Below, one piece after another: positions 34,832 through 36,684 of a DNA stretch of 36,684 bases; positions within the stretch are counted from its first letter, which is position 1, and each line of letters starts with the position of its first letter. The DNA is taken from contig JAEESA010000001.1 in the NCBI GenBank assembly GCA_016286115.1, positions 1 through 36,684 on the forward strand. Reading direction: 5' to 3'. The notes under the pieces are model-generated. The model was not told where the DNA came from. It saw only the letters and a program-made list of their open reading frames with translations, and searched no databases. The position numbers and the translations under genes were made by a program. This stretch comes from Lachnospiraceae bacterium. GTDB taxonomy: Bacteria > Bacillota > Clostridia > Lachnospirales > Lachnospiraceae.

Positions 34832-34913
34832 AAGTTGCATTATTTTGATTTTGTGGTATCATACCAAAACATGAGATTGATTTCTCAAAAAAATCAAAAG
34901 AGAGGATGGAGTT

Positions 34914-35444
34914 ATGAAAAGGAAAATTGCAGCACTGTTAGGCACAACAGTTACCGCGATCTCGCTCCTTGCGGGCTGTGGTAATCAAAAGGCACAGGAG
35001 CAGCAGGCAGCGGAAGAAGTGACGAACGCCTTGGCGGAGGCTGTGGAAGACGCAATGGTGGAAGAGGCCGTAGGAGAAGCCGTAGGAGAGGCTGTGGCGG
35101 AAGCGCTGGATCCGACGACTGTGGACTACAGCGCCATCGACATCGAGATCGCTTATGGCGACAGTGATGCGGCGAGCGAACTCGCTTCGAATATGTGGTA
35201 CGGCGAATATGACGGCAAGGTCGTCAAGATCGACGGGATCGCGGAGAAGCTGGGCAGCTGGTCGATCATGGAAGAAGCCGGCGAAGGCTCCAAGGTCGGT
35301 TTCGGTTTTGAACTTGTCGACAGCGAAGACTATCCTGTTGACGGCACGAGAGTGGAGCTGGTGGGTGTGATCGCTCCCGGCGGCACGATGGAAGGCGCCC
35401 GCGTCCTCTATGTGCTTCCGGAAAATATGACGCCGCTGTCATAA
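34914..35444 (+). CDS. Lipoprotein of unknown function
   Basis: SD AGAGGATGGAG. Lipobox LLAGC. An EAVGEAVGEAVAEA repeat (3 x 12 nt) is followed by a beta-rich C-terminal domain of about 100 aa that I cannot assign. Confidence 0.6.
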   Translation: MKRKIAALLGTTVTAISLLAGCGNQKAQEQQAAEEVTNALAEAVEDAMVEEAVGEAVGEAVAEALDPTTVDYSAIDIEIAYGDSDAASELASNMWYGEYDGKVVKIDGIAEKLGSWSIMEEAGEGSKVGFGFELVDSEDYPVDGTRVELVGVIAPGGTMEGARVLYVLPENMTPLS

Positions 35445-35469
35445 AATCGCAGATCCATAGGATGGAAAA

Positions 35470-35504
35470 GGGCTGTTGCATGATTGTGCAACAGCTCTTT
35501 TTTT
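35470..35504 (+). terminator. Intrinsic terminator
   Basis: GCTGTTGCA (35472-35480) pairs with TGCAACAGC (35487-35495) across a 6-nt loop, followed by TCTTTTTTT. Confidence 0.8.
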
Positions 35505-35679
35505 GCGCAGGACCGCGTAAGGTAAAATTCCGGCGGGAGCCGGACGCGACCCGCAATCGGGTAGGAAAAAAAGCGCTCCTGCTCGATCAAAGCAAATTTG
35601 CGTCCGATGCCATGATATAGTGTTGACCGGAAGATCATCTTGGAGAAAAATCCGTGTGGGAGAAAGGGAGGCGCGTTTG

Positions 35680-36504
35680 ATGAAGAAGAGTGAAAAGGAG
35701 CGGAAGGACGGCGGGGGGAAAAACTTTTTGGGGATGACGGATCAGGATTGGGACGATCTGTTCGCAAGCATGGATACTCCGGCTACCGAAAAAAAAGAAG
35801 CTGCATTATACCACTGGCATTTGTACAAAAACAAAGAAACAACAAGAGGGATCGGCCGGCTCAACGGGGTCGTGGAAGGGCATAAGCGGATCGCGGACGG
35901 CACGCAGATCCATACGTCCGCTGTCTTAAAGATTGAGATCCGGGAAGAAGAGGGAGTTGTTTTCGTGGAGACGGAGAATACGTTCTACCGCTGTGCTCTC
36001 TCCAGTCTGGATTATAAGAAGCAGGATCTGTATCCCGATCTGCTGGAAAACTACCGGGAACTGAAGGAAAAGTATCAGAAGGATGAAGAGCCCCTTCCGG
36101 AAACAGAGGAGGGGACGGGATTGCTTTTGGTTAAGAACCATGACGAAAGCTGGTTCCATGGGTTTTGCTGTTTCCCGGAGGGCGGGAAGCCGGAGAAATG
36201 CGAGGCGTATTATAAAAGCAGCTCGGACACAGATGAGAACGTCCTGATCTGGGACAGCAGATTTGGCATTGAAATACGATATTCGCTGATCAGGGATACG
36301 CTGATGTTCACCAGGATCAGGGTCGGCGGGAGACCGTTCTTTATCGAGAATATGGGCAAAAAAACGGCCGTGATCGCGATCGGAAAAGAGAGGATCGAGA
36401 TACTGCCGGGAGAACGGAAGGAGATCGCGCTGCCGAAGGGCGGATGGGAAGTGGAAAAGGTTACTGTGACAGCTGACGCGTTACATGAAAGAATACATGA
36501 GTAA
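35680..36504 (+). CDS. Hypothetical cytoplasmic protein, no family recognised
   Basis: ORF 35620..36504. The ATG at 35680 follows GGGAGG at 8-nt spacing. The N-terminus is Lys/Glu-rich and then globular. I see no TM segment and no motif I can name. Confidence 0.5.
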   Translation: MKKSEKERKDGGGKNFLGMTDQDWDDLFASMDTPATEKKEAALYHWHLYKNKETTRGIGRLNGVVEGHKRIADGTQIHTSAVLKIEIREEEGVVFVETENTFYRCALSSLDYKKQDLYPDLLENYRELKEKYQKDEEPLPETEEGTGLLLVKNHDESWFHGFCCFPEGGKPEKCEAYYKSSSDTDENVLIWDSRFGIEIRYSLIRDTLMFTRIRVGGRPFFIENMGKKTAVIAIGKERIEILPGERKEIALPKGGWEVEKVTVTADALHERIHE

Positions 36505-36580
36505 CAGAAACAGATATCACCGGGCGAAGAACCGATAATCTGGCAGAAAGATATCGATTGGCTGCTGAATGGGGGAAAAG

Positions 36581-36684
36581 ATGAGTAAGGGATATATGGA
36601 AATTATTAAGAGCAGTATCGGAGCGGTCTATGAAACCGGGATCGCGTCCAAGATACTGACGTATATGGATCGGATCAGAAATGA
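36581..36684 (+). CDS. Hypothetical protein, first 34 codons only; continues past the right window edge
   Basis: The ATG at 36581 follows GGGGGAAAAG. It reads MSKGYMEIIKSSIGAVYETGIASKILTYMDRIRN and is open to the window end. It is too short to classify. Confidence 0.3.
   Translation, partial: MSKGYMEIIKSSIGAVYETGIASKILTYMDRIRN

Noticed and set aside
1-36684. A search for CRISPR arrays, IS or transposase genes, integrases, phage genes, toxin-antitoxin pairs, restriction-modification systems and other defence modules.
   Set aside because: No spaced direct-repeat arrays, no terminal inverted repeats flanking genes, and no nuclease, helicase, methylase or recombinase signatures appear in any credible ORF. 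By these criteria the window looks like core chromosome.

Overview
This window looks like ordinary chromosomal backbone from a moderately GC-rich Gram-positive, Clostridia-like genome. Supporting signals are AGGAGG Shine-Dalgarno sites, a CIRCE operator, a DegV gene, many lipobox lipoproteins, and a CUT1 sugar ABC operon with a YesL/DUF624 gene. I call 28 protein-coding genes (25 on the + strand) and one tRNA with a CAT anticodon, plus promoters, terminators, operator candidates and short repeats read directly from the sequence.

Gene blocks, left to right:
(1) A secreted C1 cysteine peptidase (partial, minus strand, missing from the ORF track), a small membrane protein, lgt, CIRCE-controlled clpB, and a Corynebacterium-type aspartate aminotransferase.
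(2) An envelope or glycan-modification block: AT3 acyltransferase, GtrB-like GT2, an inverted AT3 acyltransferase, a membrane-anchored SGNH hydrolase and a GH78-like lipoprotein.
(3) valS preceded by a 50-codon small ORF and a strong hairpin with no T-box, then tRNA(CAT).
(4) A degV / GNAT-like / NamZ (DUF1343) operon.
(5) An alpha-glucan/sucrose locus: GH13 alpha-glucosidase (minus), LacI regulator, binding protein, two permeases, DUF624, MalQ and an amylosucrase-like GH13.
(6) A GH3-GH25 fusion lipoprotein, a Cache/PAS/GGDEF cyclase, and a lipoprotein followed by two uncharacterised ORFs.

I see no rRNA, CRISPR array, transposase, integrase, phage gene or recognisable defence gene, and I cannot point to a convincing new multi-gene system.

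The items most worth follow-up:
- The GH3-GH25 fusion together with NamZ, as a possible extracellular peptidoglycan-scavenging set.
- The unfused AT3/SGNH pair.
- Twin CG-centred palindromic operators and an 11-nt periodic repeat in the ABC operon leader.
- Two GC-rich intergenic elements with mutually exclusive hairpins.
- Several candidate leaderless starts.
- The T-box-less valS leader.

All functional calls rest on motifs I recognise by eye and were not checked against any database.
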